DNA of 63,566 nucleotides, the filler included, from Octopus bimaculoides (Eukaryota), in the NCBI RefSeq assembly GCF_001194135.2. It is 6 parts of 6 records of this genome, joined end to end, with 100 filler letters (N's around TTAATTAATTAA, not from the genome) between each part and the next. Parts side by side here need not be neighbours in the genome. Positions count along the whole stretch, not along the records: positions 27,333 to 45,325 come from NC_068983.1; positions 45,426 to 53,351 come from NC_068999.1; 4 more parts are not named here. One strand, written 5' to 3'. Numbering within the stretch: the first letter of the stretch is position 1; each line of letters opens with the position of its first letter. Position numbers and translations under genes: made by a program. The notes beneath the pieces were generated by a model. The model ran no database searches, was not told where the DNA came from, and saw nothing but the letters and a program-made list of their open reading frames with translations. Positions 38,488-51,975 of the stretch are shown piece by piece.

Positions 38488-38884
38488 GGAGGCGCAATGG
38501 CCCAGTGGTTAGGGCAGCGGATTCACGGTCATAGGATCGCGGTTTCGATTCCCAGACCGGGCGTTGTGAGTGTTTATTGAGTGAAAACACCTAAAAGCTC
38601 CTTGAGGCTCCGGCAGGAGATGATGGCGAACCCTAATGTACTCTTTCACCACAACTTTCTCTCACTCTTACTTCCTGTTTCTGTTGTACCTGTATTTCAA
38701 AGGGGCCAGCGTTGTCACACTCTGTGTCATGCTCAATATCCCCGAGAACTACGTTAAAGGTACACGTGTCTGTGGAGTGCTCAGCCACTTGCACGTTAAT
38801 TTCACGAGCAGGCTGTTCCGTTGATCGGATCAACTGGAACCCTCGACGTCGTAAGCAACGGAGTACCAACAACAACAACAACAT
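38488..38884 (+). mobile_element. SINE family A, full length
   Basis: Head GGAGGCGCAATGGCCCAGTGG to (AAC)n tail. Confidence 0.95.
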
Positions 38885-39557
38885 CAGCGACATTTATGAA
38901 TTATTTCTTCAGCAGAACGTCCGCTAATTGCATTTTGGGTTGGAAGATATGGTAAGAAACATATGTAAGTTATTTTTTTTTACTAATATATGCCCCTACA
39001 ATATTTTCAAACATATAATGCAATATCAGATGTTCTGTATGAAAATGTAATTCATTTATCGTAATGTTTGAATCAGAGCTTGACTTTTGATGAGTTTCAT
39101 GATCGTCCAGTAATCTTCGTTATGAACACTGGCACTGTGTATTAAATTTATAAAAGAAGAAATAAATATATGTTTAGCTTAATTATGTTTAATCCCATTA
39201 AGAAAAAGAGACCCTAAGGAGTTTTAGTGCCCAAGAAGGAACATTTGATTGATTAGTTTCAGCTTCCACTGAAACCTCGTCAACATTCTCTTAGATACAG
39301 AAAGTATGTTGTGATGTTACGATTGGAAAATAAAAACAAAACTAAATATATCTGTATTAACTTATGATTCTGTTTACAAATTTAATCTAATCTCATCTAC
39401 GCTGAATCGATATCTAATCTTATTGATGTACGTTGCTAACATTGCACTGATATATAAACATGATCGGGTCTATCTTGATATTGTTTAATTTTTCTACATG
39501 TAGTTGTCTTCATGATGTTGAATTTAACATTCTAGCCGCTGGACCAAGCACCGTTGT

Positions 39558-39679
<122 letters not shown>

Positions 39680-40329
39680 CCATGAGTGTGTGTGTGCCCG
39701 TGTGTGCGCGTGTCTGCGAACGCGTTCCTGCGTGACGATGTATACATATGCGTATCGGTGTATGTATAGGTGTATGTGCGTGTAATGAAAAGTACTTCTC
39801 TTAATAATCAAAAGCAAATTTCAGGCTTGAGTAGCTGGAGCTCAGATGTTAATACGCGATAATGTTTTCTATCTTTGGTACATAGGCCATACATATTGCA
39901 GAAGCAGGGGACAAGCGATTGAATATCCTCCTGTACAAACTAGAGTTATATCAGCATTGTATTTTCCCACAGTAAATATCTAAATAATTGTTTCTGCCAC
40001 TCTACCATCTACCATTTATAACAACAAAGCAACCAAAATTATAACAATAACAATATCACCTCCACTACTACCACCACCACCACAACCCACAACAACAACA
40101 AGGATGGCAATAACAACAATCCTTTATATTGTAATTACAAGGCCTGAGATTCTGAGGAGTTGGGGACTAGTCGATTACATTGAAACTGGTAATTATTCTT
40201 ATCGATCCCGAAAGGATGAAAGGTATTTGAACTCAGAATGCTGCTGCTCTTGGCTCTGACGTTGTTGGTGCTGTTGCTTTTGATGCCAATGTTGTTGTTA
40301 AAGATTTCAGCTGCAGCGGATTTTTTTTA

Positions 40330-40500
40330 TTGTTCTTTGTATGGGGCAGAAAGCCTTTCAGTAAGTGGTTTGCCTCGCCACAAATGAGACATCTCGGTTT
40401 TCTACCTTCGACTGGTATGAATAGCTGTGTACCATTAAAGAGGTCCATCAGGTCAGGGATGACTCTGATACACCTAATCGGTCTGTATTGAAAATTCCGT
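40330..40500 (-). mobile_element. L1/Tx1-like ORF1 remnant with a degenerate CCHC zinc knuckle
   Basis: IRVIPDLMDLFNGTQLFIPVEGRKPRCLICGEANHLLKGF (CX2CX4HX4[C>F]). Confidence 0.55.
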
Positions 40501-41218
40501 TCCTGCGTCTGATCGACTTCCCTTTAACATTTTGTGCACTTAGGGAATTGCTGCTTTATTCTCTATGCCATATATATAATATGGCCTCGGTTTGATGAGA
40601 TTTTTCACCTTTTACCTGAAAAGGAAAGTGGGGCAGGAGAGGAGATGCCTGTCAGAGAGAATGTACAAAGACAGATGGGCACGTGTGGCACGGATGTTGT
40701 GTGTGAAAGACGCTTCGTGAACGTGTCATAAGACTTACCAAAAGGCGTCGGTAGTGGAACAGGGCTCGTGCGGTCGGAGCTAAAACCTGTTCCCCTGCCC
40801 CATTTTATGTTTGTTACCATGTTTTGCAAAATTGTGTTATCATTTGTATTATCATCCGATTTCATTATAAATTTTTAAACCCATTTTGCATGTCTGACCC
40901 CAAATCAGGCTGTATTGTCCCCTCTATGTTGGCTCAGTGTGGGCAATAAAGAAACCAGCTGGTTGTTCTTTTCGGCCAACGAACAATCCTCGTTGTCATC
41001 TTTCTTTATTTTAACAAAAATTGATGGGCAAGCTTGCTAAACAAACCCCAATTTAGTCCCTAAGGGCTATAGACGAAGCAAAAACTAACCAGCTCCCAAA
41101 AATCCTGGTTACTGAATGTATTAAACGATAACGAATGTTCAATATATCACTTAGTGTAATAATAGAAATAATAACAGACTTACGCAAGTGATGTGTAATA
41201 CGTGTCGTTAGATGAACA

Positions 41219-41251
<33 letters not shown>

Positions 41252-41282
41252 AATAAATAAATAAATAATCCTTTCTGTTGTG

Positions 41283-41530
41283 GAGGCACATGGCCTAGTG
41301 GTTAGACCAGCTAACTCGCGGTCGAGGGATCGCGGGTTCGAATCTCAGACCTAAGCTCTATGCGGTAATGGTGAACTTCTGCTAACTCTTTCGCCACAAC
41401 TATCTCTAGCTCTTTCCTCCTAGCAGATCACCTGCGACGGACCGGCGTCCCACCCAGGTGGAGAACCCATACGCCAATGAAACCGGAAACCGGCCCTTAT
41501 GAGCCAGGCATGGCTCGAGAAGGAACAAAC
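41283..41530 (+). mobile_element. SINE family E (A-like tRNA head, different tail)
   Basis: ggaggcacatggcctagtggttag...gggttcgaatctcagacc; tail gcgacggaccggcgtcccacccagg...gaaaccggcccttatgagcc; flanked by a duplicated aatccttt. Confidence 0.88.
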
Positions 41531-41547
41531 AACAGCAATCCTTTTTA

Positions 41548-41753
41548 TTATAGGCACAAGGCCCGAAATTTTAGGTGAGGGTATTAATCGATCACACCGA
41601 CTCCAGTACTCAACTGGTACTTAATTTATCGACCCCGAAAGGATGTTAGGCAAAGTCAGCCTCGCCGAAATTTGAACTCAAAACGTTGCGACGGCGAAAT
41701 ACCGCTAAGCATTTCGCCCGGCGTGCTAACGATTCTGCCAGCTCACCGCCTTA

Positions 41754-41821
<68 letters not shown>

Positions 41822-42200
41822 TAACAATAACAATAATAATAATAATAATAATCCTTTCTAATATGGGTACAAGGCCTGAAATTTTGGGGAAGGGGACTAG
41901 TCGATTACATCGATCTCAGTGCTTCACTGGTACTTGATTTAACGACTCCAAAAGGATGGAAGACAAAATCGGCCTCGGCAGGAACTGAACCAAGAACTTA
42001 ACCGGATGAATTATCGTAAGGCATTTTCCGATGCTCCAACAATCTTGCCATCTAGCCACAGTCTGGATCGGAAGGAATAGGGCAATTCATTCAACCCAGT
42101 ACTTGATGGATACTTTGTTCAGTCGATCACCAGAATGATAAACGGTAAAGTTGACGTCGGTGGATTTAAATTTGGAAACGTAAAGAGATGTAAGTAAACA
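41548..42200 (-). mobile_element. Three co-oriented family B SINE copies separated by (AAT)n
   Basis: Copies at ~41548-41755, 41862-42060 and 42085-42200. Confidence 0.85.
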
Positions 42201-44014
42201 CGAGGTGTTGTTTCTTGTGTGGGTTGCCGATTATAATTCATAGGATTTAACAAGCCATCATTGTAAAACAGATTTCTAATAAAACCAACGTTATTTAAAA
42301 TTATGTCCGTGAATAAACCAAACCAAACAAAAATATGACAGGCCGAGTCAAGTTGCCTCATATTTCGTTGCGTAAGTTTATTGCGATAATAGTACGATGC
42401 TAAAATATTCGCCTTTATTCTTATGGAAAAGCCAACTCTAGCATCAGTATCTTTAACAAAGCACATCGACGTTATCTTATTCTACCACATCTAACCTAAC
42501 CCAAAATATAACTTTTACTATGGTTGAATAATATCTAAGTAGGACAAAAAAAAACTGTAATTTCATTAACGCTAGTTTGTTCTGTCTTTATTCCAACTGC
42601 CTAGCAAAAATCGTACGAAAGCACAGGTAAAACACCTAATATTGGTCTCAGTGATAATATTTAAAAAAATCCACTTATTTTCATACTTACTCCTTTAGAA
42701 AACATAACAGAAGAAATACTACTCCGTGATATGTTTTTAATTAGAAACTGAAAAATAAGTAGCACACAATTCAAACAAAATGGAACATTAAAAATAAGGC
42801 CAACTATAATTCGGAAATAGAAATCTTCTAACTCTTGTGCTGCTGGAACACTTGAAATATCTTTTTCCAAGGTCCTTTTACGAAAAAAACATCCATAGAA
42901 TCATTTTATGCAATCATAAGATTCTTAAAATTTTTTTCCAGTACCAGTCAATTAATTATCCTGATCGATAATCTATATCCTTCCTGTTTATAGCTTAATT
43001 CATGTTTTCTTCTCCGCTATGATTTTAGTCTATATTTGCTCTTAATAGTTAAAATCTCGATTTCAGCACTTTGAACGCTTTGAATACTTACCTGGGGCAT
43101 TATCTACTAATAGACTGTATATTGTTTAGCTCTTGGGGTTTTTTTTTCTTTTTTCAAAGCTGAACTACCTCTCTGTTTTCAATCACTGCTTCTTCTCCTA
43201 TTTCTGCCTTGCTATTGACTTTGAGCATCTGAACGTTCTATTATCAATCTATAAACTGCATTATATATATTGATATTATTCGATTCATGTTAGTTACTAG
43301 TTTACTTTATTTTATATTATTTTCATGTGCAACAAATTTTTCTCTTACCTAAGCAGTTCTTATTTATATTCTAATTTTTCAGTATACTATGTTGGTTTAA
43401 ATAACTCTATCTGGAATTACTGCTTATTACATCTTTTTCAGCAGCTTCATTATTTATAATCATTAATAATATTTTGTTAGCTGACGTATGTCATTTGTAT
43501 TTTGAGCACAGCAGTGTTTCGTTTTATTAATCATTTGATATATTATATACTGTTTTAATTATATGTTGACTGATCTCTTGCAGATACATTCTATTTCAAT
43601 TAAACTCCTAAATGGATCTTAGTTTTTTGTTTTGAGTCCACGATATTATCATTTAATTATGTCTAAATTTTGCTTTCCCTAACTTATCTTCTATTAGATG
43701 TGTTTATCTTCCTTGGCAGATTTTATATGCTATCTGCTAATCTTATCCATGTTCTAAATTCGTTTCACAATTACACACACACACACACACACACATTAGG
43801 TGAGCGCTAGATAGAGAGCTATAGAAAACACGTAGTAGTGCTTAAATGAATTTAAACTTACACTCCGAATCCTTCACCCGGAACTAGATCCATGGCGTCA
43901 AGAATGACTATGAGAGAAATCCAAAGCGAGCTGATATGGAAGCCGTGATCCAGATAAACTCAATTAGGCCTCACACACGCGCGCACAGACAGGCAGACAA
44001 GGAGACAGAAAGAC

Positions 44015-44051
<37 letters not shown>

Positions 44052-44076
44052 GACAGACAGACAGGCAGACAGATAA

Positions 44077-44145
<69 letters not shown>

Positions 44146-44328
44146 CGCATATATCTACATATATTCAGAAAGATAAACACATACATACATACATACACAT
44201 ATACATATACAAATATATTTACATAGAGCACAATAAAATACAGAATACTAAGAAAAGGACACATCATCTCGTCAACTGTTTCAGGAAGCTTGGGGTTACG
44301 TAATAATCGTAATGCTCATAATTTGCAG

Positions 44329-44505
44329 GTGGAATGTGCAGGTGGAAAGTCTTTGGTATGCAACCAGTGAATTGTCATGCGGAGATATAACCATAACTCC
44401 GGTTTTCTTCAACAAGGGAAAACTGGCAAAAGCAGTTCATAAGAAGAATAAGAACAAAAGGCAGGGAGCTGGAGGAGAATTTAAATACAGGTCAGAATAT
44501 TTTGA
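44329..44505 (+). CDS. Candidate 177-nt symmetric (phase 2-2) exon, product unknown
   Basis: Acceptor ataatttgcAG|G, donor GA|GTATGT; open reading WNVQVESLWYATSELSCGDITITPVFFNKGKLAKAVHKKNKNKRQGAGGEFKYRSEYF; non-repetitive; no family recognised. Confidence 0.35.
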
Positions 44506-45528
44506 GTATGTCCTTAGCCTGAACCACCGTAAGATAGCTCAGCTTAATCAAGAGTGATAAGGTTGCCTGCAGCGTGTGTATACTTAAGTATGTATGTATG
44601 TATGTATGTATGTATGTATGTATGTATGTATGCATGCATGTGCCTCTGTATGTTATGTATGAGCGGATGGATGGGTAGATGAATGGATGGATGGATGGAT
44701 GGATGGATAGATGGATGGTTGGTTGGATGGATGGATGGTTATATACTCATACTGTGTTTTTCATGCATTTAAACTTGCATTAAATTGTATCTGCATATAT
44801 TTATTCTATGAGTTTACTAGCACGTGAACCACTAAGAGTGAAGGTTCCCTAGTTCTTATTGGAACTTCATTCTAGAAGAAAGTGAACTAGTAGTTAAAAA
44901 CCTGATATGCAGTTAGTTTCTGGTTGTATCAACTTCTAATGTGGCTCTAGTTTCACAGCCGACTGTGCTGAAATGTGGGTTAAGTGTTGAGCAACTCATA
45001 ACAAATTAATTCATGTACTGGAACTTTTTGGACCCTGGAAACGTTTACACAAACTTACTGAGTTTAAGAAACGGTCTTACTCTGTAACGAGTTGACTCTC
45101 ATCATGTATGAAGTTAGAAAGATTGCATCAGGGACTAGACAGAAAGAGGCTTAGCGATGGGCCTGTTTATGGCTGCAGCACAAAGCCACAGCGTGTGGTG
45201 GTAGTGGTTGTAGTGGTGGTGATGGCGGTGCTGATGCTGTTGGTGGTGGTGGTGGTGGTGGCGGTGGTGGTTGTGGTGGTGGTTGTGGTGGTTGTGGTGG
45301 TGGTGTGTGTGTATATGTGTGTTTGNNNNNNNNNNNNNNNNNNNNNNNNNNNNNNNNNNNNNNNNNNNNTTAATTAATTAANNNNNNNNNNNNNNNNNNN
45401 NNNNNNNNNNNNNNNNNNNNNNNNNTATATGCATATATATAAACATAAATACTCATGGAAATTATAAGCAGACTGAAAGAGAGAGAGAGAGAGAGGGAAC
45501 GACAGAGAGAGAGAGAGAGGGAGAGAGG

Positions 45529-45561
<33 letters not shown>

Positions 45562-45890
45562 CAGAGAGTGAAATAGAAGAAGAGAGAGGGATAGAGACGG
45601 AGTGCGAGACGGAGCAAGAGAGGGAGAGAGATAGAGAAATAGAAAGAGCGAGAGAGAGAGAGAGAGAGACAGATGAACGGAGTGAGAGTGAGGCAAGTGG
45701 GAGGAAGAGGCGTTAGATAAATGCTTAGTCATATGCTGTAGCGAGTAGCGTTAGCTGACTTGCTCAAGGACATGCAATACAACGCAAACGCTTATAACGT
45801 GTCAACCGAGGCTGATTGCTCATTCGTTGCAGATGAGATTCTTGAAATAGTTACATAATTAAATATATAGACACACACACACACACACAT

Positions 45891-45953
<63 letters not shown>

Positions 45954-46537
45954 AATAAGCACATAAATGTGAAACAAAGTGGGGAAAGTAGTACTCGAAT
46001 ACCAGAGGTAGAGTAATATGTTTTATTATTAAGGCTGAAAAGCATTACAAAAATATCACNNNNNNNNNNNNNNNNNNNNNNNNNNNNNNNNNNNNNNNNN
46101 NNNNNNNNNNNNNNNNNNNNNNNNNNNNNNNNNNNNNNNNNNNNNNNNNNNNNNNNNNNNNNNNNNNNNNNNNNNNNNNNNNNNNNNNNNNNNNNNNNNN
46201 NNNNNNNNNNNNNNNNNNNNNNNNNNNNNNNNNNNNNNNNNNNNNNNNNNNNNNNNNNNNNNNNNNNNNNNNNNNNNNNNNNNNNNNNNNNNNNNNNNNN
46301 NNNNNNNNNNNNNNNNNNNNNNNNNNNNNNNNNNNNNNNNNNNNNNNNNNNNNNNNNNNNNNNNNNNNNNNNNNNNNNNNNNNNNNNNNNNNNNNNNNNN
46401 NNNNNNNNNNNNNNNNNNNNNNNNNNNNNNNNNNNNNNNNNNNNNNNNNNNNNNNNNNNNNNNNNNNNNNNNNNNNNNNNNNNNNNNNNNNNNNNNNNNN
46501 NNNNNNNNNNNNNNNNNNNNNNNNNNNNNNNNNNNNN

Positions 46538-46608
<71 letters not shown>

Positions 46609-47019
46609 ACGGAAACATAATGGGAAGCATAATGAAATGCTCCAAAAACGAGGAGAAACTGAATACTTTTATCTTTTGTAATTTGCTTTTTCAGTCAGTG
46701 GACCGTTGCCACGATAGGACCCCATCTCAAACGTCTTTTCATCAACCACTGTACATATTTTCTAAGTCTTTTACTTATTATGTTTTTTTATTTTTGCGAA
46801 TTGCTATGTCATGTAGACGTCAACAAACCAGCAGCGGGGTGGAGCTAAGTACAAGTACACACACACACACATTTGCACGACAGGCTACCACAGAGTTTCT
46901 GTCTACCAAATTCACTCACAAGCTGCCGCGCAGTGGGCCTGAACACGAAGCCAATTGGTTACAAGGAGGGCTTCTTAACCACGATACTTTATAATATTTA
47001 ATTTCAAGGCGACAACCTA

Positions 47020-47215
47020 TCAAAATCGTTGGCTCGCACAGCAAAATGCTTAACGGCATTTACTGCGTTTTTACATTCTGAGTTCAGTTTCTATGGAGGT
47101 CGACTGTGCCTTTCATCCTTCCAGGTTCGATAAAATAAGTACCTATTGAACACTGGAGACGACGTAATCGACTTGCCCCTCCTCCGAAATTGCTGACCTT
47201 GTGCCAAAATTTGAT
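47020..47215 (+). mobile_element. SINE family B
   Basis: ttacattctgagttcagtttc...ggtcgactgtgcctttcatcc...tcgataaaataagtacc. Confidence 0.85.
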
Positions 47216-47502
47216 CTAATTTAGTATTTAATTTACATCTTTCTGTGTATGTGTTGTGTTCAAATCATTTTCTACAGTTGATCTTGTTCATTCAACATTT
47301 GTCCAATCAACATTCCCGTGAAAAATTCCAGATGTGATTGACGTTGAATTTTTCATCAGCCCTCAAGTCGCTATTCTAAAATAACAGTAATCTCTTGTCG
47401 GTCAGGGTTGGCCATGGGCCTTCATTCTGCATTTGAGCGCACGCTTGGTCAAAGTTATTTTTATGAAATATTCACAGTTGTGAACATTTAAGTGAGGATA
47501 AA

Positions 47503-47652
47503 TAAATGTAGGTGTTATATTAGAACAAACTTTATCACGGTAATTACCATGAGAGAAGCACTCGTGTTGGATTTTTGAATTTTTAGCCAGAATGAGTTTC
47601 TCTCATGGTAATTACTGCAGTAAAGTTTGTTCTAATAAAACATCTACGTTTA
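47503..47652. repeat. 150-bp palindrome (~60-bp arms, 30-nt loop); MITE-like or hairpin RNA
   Basis: taaatgtaggtgttatattagaacaaactttatcacggtaattaccatgagagaagcactc vs reverse complement taaacgtagatgttttattagaacaaactttactgcagtaattaccatgagagaaactc. Confidence 0.9.
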
Positions 47653-47756
47653 AGGGGAGTTAAGAATTATCGTTTTACTGTATTGTTTCGGCACCTCGAG
47701 GACTTAGTTTAAATTTCGTCGAGGTCGAATTTGTCTTCAGTCATCTCAAGATCGAC

Positions 47757-47804
47757 AAACGAAGTACCAAACGAAGTACCAAACGAAGTACCAAACGAAG
47801 TACT
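47757..47804 (+). repeat. 12-bp tandem repeat (AAACGAAGTACC) x4
   Basis: Direct reading; last copy imperfect. Confidence 0.95.
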
Positions 47805-48325
47805 CGCAATCGGCTATGATGAAGGGGGTCAAGAAAGGATCGTTCACATCATGGCCTCACCAACTCTTCTTTTCGTGATCCGGCCTAAGAATGAACAACA
47901 GAAATCGTTAAGACTGGAATTCAACTCTTGCCCCAAGGAACACGACCAGCTGCTATTTGGATCAATTTATTCAGTAATGTTCAGCTAATAAAAATTTCCA
48001 TTTATAAATCATTCAGCGAATTTCCCGTTAACACAAAAAGTTATTTGACGCTCATTCATCAAATGAAGACACCGGAGGCTACTTTGCTATGGACGAATTA
48101 ACCCCGCGTTCTCCTGTACAAAGAAAAATAATATCCGCGTTGTATAACAGTACTTCTGCTCAGTTCATTGAAAGGGTTTTGATTATTCTGCCGGTGTTTA
48201 ATTACATATAATTAAAATAAGTATATACGAGTGGGAGTTATAATTGGAGCGCACGTAAATTAAGACTGTATGTATACATTGTACGTGTATACAATTCCGA
48301 AGCATATTCGGTATAGTGTGCGTAC

Positions 48326-48364
<39 letters not shown>

Positions 48365-48368
<4 letters not shown>

Positions 48369-48535
48369 ACAGGCTTCCACACAGTTTCCGTCATAAAAAT
48401 TCATTCACAAGGCATTGGTCAACCCATGACAATGGTAGTAGACCCTTGCCCAAGGTTCCGCGTAGTGGGACTGGACCCGAAACAGTGTGGTTGCAAAGCG
48501 AGCTTATTATCCACGCAACCATTCCTGCGCCTGCT
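48365..48535 (-). mobile_element. SINE family C head
   Basis: cagtttccgtc...cacaaggcattggtc...cttgcccaaggttccgcgtagtgggactgg. Confidence 0.85.
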
Positions 48536-49352
48536 ATTTATTTTTTGGCGGGGATTTTTCAATTTGTACGAAATATTTAAGCCTGTTGTAAGTGTACGTG
48601 TGTTTGAGTACATGTGTGCGATTCCGTGTGCATGAATGTAAAAGGCGGTTAGTTAATTATATCAAAATCTGAAATGTATTTGTTTGGGGTTGCAATTTAT
48701 TTAACAGCAGAGATCAAATCTTGGAATTTATATGAGAAGGGGAAACTGAGTGTGTGCGTATGCGAGTGTGTGGGCGATGGAAATGCTAATTAGCGAAAAC
48801 GGAATTTAGGGAATAACAAAAGCTAAATTTGAACAACATTAATCGTTGAAACTTGAACTACATTAATCGTTGATAGCATCTAGCTAATATGGAACAACAC
48901 GGATGCGGTAGTCAAACGGTTGATATGAATAAAGTCATTTGGTTTACCCGATTTGACATCGCTGACTATTATCCATCAATTTCAAAGGGGCTGGTGTCCA
49001 GGAGCGTGGTTGGCCCACTAGGAGTGGGAGGCCCCGCTGATATTGTCACATCTCTCTAGGAGAGGGAAACTCTGAGAGAAAACCTGTGACACTGACAATA
49101 TTCGATGATGTAGACTAGTTGTTCTTTTCGTGTTTATTTTGCCCATGTTCAGAGAGTGGGATTGGATTTGTACAAATCCTGACCCTACGATAAAAAAAAT
49201 TATCATGCACGCTTGATAAAATGTAAGACCTATCACAAAAATGGCTGGTCGCAGCGTTCGCATGTGTGGGACTTACGATCAAGCGACGGCAATACTTGAA
49301 CACGAGTTTGCAGCCATCATATGTATGTATGTATGTATGTATGTATCCATCC

Positions 49353-49416
<64 letters not shown>

Positions 49417-50224
49417 CGCCAGTGCAGTGCCTGTACACGTTTTCATTCATTCATTCATTCATTCATTCATTCATTCATTCGCTCATTCATTCGCTCATTC
49501 ATTCATTTATTGAATAATTATATAATATGTCATCAAGTTACCTTTACCTGACGCTACATTACATCACATTACACACGGTTTATTACTAACATCCTGGTTA
49601 CTTCACCTTCAAGACGAGACACCAGGAATAGATTTTCATTGGTTGGCTTTCATCCTTCAAATACGCCGACGATGATACATGCTTCTTTGAGACAATCAAA
49701 TCGACGAGTGAAATATAAAACGACTGATTCGAAGTCAGTGTTTAATAGGATATTGGTAGGATGTGTATCAATGGGTCAGGTGATAGAAACCGTGATTGGT
49801 TGCTTGCCGACAGTAATCATAGATGTATCTACTGATCGATATCGTTTTGTTTGTTTGCTTTGTTTACTGCTTTTTTTTTCTATTCGTTTATCCTTTCTTT
49901 AACTCCGAATCACTTTTAGTGATGTGCATGCGTGCGTATGTGCGTTCGTGTATCTATGTATGTGAGTATACACGCACACGCACACTCTGTTGGTTTGTCT
50001 GTCTGTCTGTCTGTCTCTCTCTCACACACACGCACACACACACGCGTACACACAAACAAACACACACAAAATGTCTGAGTTTTTGTGTGCGTCTGTGTGT
50101 ATATCTATCTATCTGTCTACTTGTATGTCTGTCTGTCTGTCAGTCTGTCTGTCTGTCTGCCTTTCCGTCTGTCTCCCTGTCTAAATTGATGTAAATGTAT
50201 ACTTGCATCCATATATATGTATAA

Positions 50225-50258
<34 letters not shown>

Positions 50259-50351
50259 AACGTATCCAATGCGCACGCGCACACACATATGTAGAGAGAG
50301 AGAAAGAGGGAGCGGGAGAGGGATAAAGAAAGAAAAAGGAAAAAATAGACT

Positions 50352-50427
<76 letters not shown>

Positions 50428-50852
50428 GAAACTAAGAGAGAATTTGTGACGCGTGGTGTGTGTATATATGTTCGAGGCTATGCGTTAGTGTGTAAGTGTG
50501 TGTGTTTATATCTGAGAGTGTTTATTGATTTCTGCATCGTTAAATTTGAATCTAATCTTCGAATCCACTTGAGTTACTTTGATGTGAAGATATGAGTTGG
50601 AACTACTAAGAATAACATCTTAGAATTGGTTCACTGACAGAAAGATTCCTCTGAGATTGATGGACTGACTTTATACACTACAACCTTTAGTTACGTGTTT
50701 TTGGAGTTCGAAATTTGCCGACTTCTTCTTCATCTTATATGAACATAAATATAAGGTTCTATAAAACACGGATTAGCTAGATATTTAAGGATGGGGATGA
50801 TGTGTTCGGATGTATAATCTTCTTAAACCTGTCAACGAGAATAATATATATA

Positions 50853-51035
50853 CATATGAGAAGATGCTGACAAGTCTCCGGCTTTAAGGGTATCTTGAAA
50901 GGCCTGGTTGAAGGCCCAGCCTTCTGAGTTCTTTTACAGGGCTTAAAAACATCTAATAAGCCTCTGCAATAAGTGTGTGAATCTGAGAGCGAAACATGTT
51001 GAATAGAATCCTAATTAACCGATCTTCCTGTATTT
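50853..51035 (+). mobile_element. mariner-derived non-autonomous fragment
   Basis: TIR-like tatgagaagatgctgacaagtctccggc then KAWLKAQPSEFFYR...CNKCVNLRAKHVE*, resembling a mariner C-terminus. Confidence 0.6.
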
Positions 51036-51439
51036 CCTTTTCCGTTTACCAAATCAACTCACAAGGCATTGATCAGGCCGGAGTTATAGCGGAAGACACT
51101 TGCCTAAGGTGCAAGACCACGTGGATGGAAAGCAACATTCTTAACCATACAGCTACACCTAACAACTTTCTGTAATTACGTGTTTTCTGGAAGAAAACTA
51201 AAAATGGTTTGTTTTGTCTTCATATTTTTATAAGGAAGAGTCTGAATAGATAAATGACATTACTGCGAAAATTCTAATTTTCTGTAGCAGAGAAAACAAT
51301 TTTAAACTCATATGTTGCCAAAGCCAGGCCAGGTCAAGGCAAGCCAGGCCAGCCGGTGCCGTATTATTCTCAGCTTTCCATTTCATTCGGCTTTTCTAAT
51401 CAATAATTCCTTCCAGAATGAAATATCTGAGTTATCATG

Positions 51440-51844
51440 TGATACCGTTGATCCATTAGTCATACGATATTGACGATCCACTGGTCACTTACACCATGCC
51501 ACCATCGATCCACTTTTAATGATATCATGTGATGTCGTCGATCCATTATTTATGACATATGATTCCATGGATCGATTACCCGTATGACGTCATATGGCAT
51601 CATCCTTCCATTACTCATAATATCATGTGATAGCGCTGATCCGTTAGTCATATGATGTTAGTATATCGTTTATTCACTGGTCATACATAACTCTCCAATT
51701 CTATTAGTCATATCTATGTATATATTTGATCCATTATTCATGTGATAAATGATATGGTATATAATGTCGTGGATCCGTTAGTAATATACGTCCATCCATC
51801 AATCCATCCATCCATACATACATACGTACATACATACATACATA

Positions 51845-51892
<48 letters not shown>

Positions 51893-51929
51893 CATATATA
51901 TTTACATATATATATATATATATATGTAA

Positions 51930-51975
<46 letters not shown>

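Noticed and set aside
42119-42870. Minus-strand ORFs of 115 and 69 aa
   Set aside because: No recognisable domain; the first runs into a SINE, the region is AT-rich with many stops and has a CTAACCTAACC repeat-type motif; probably a decayed TE
43084-43096. ATACTTACCTGG matching the U1 snRNA 5' end
   Set aside because: Only 12 nt match; it is the reverse complement of CAG|GTAAGTAT. The adjacent LLVDNAPG (pogo-like) is too short to call
47731-47988. ORF with NEVP x4 repeat
   Set aside because: Produced by a 12-bp tandem duplication, with a non-ATG start and no recognisable domain
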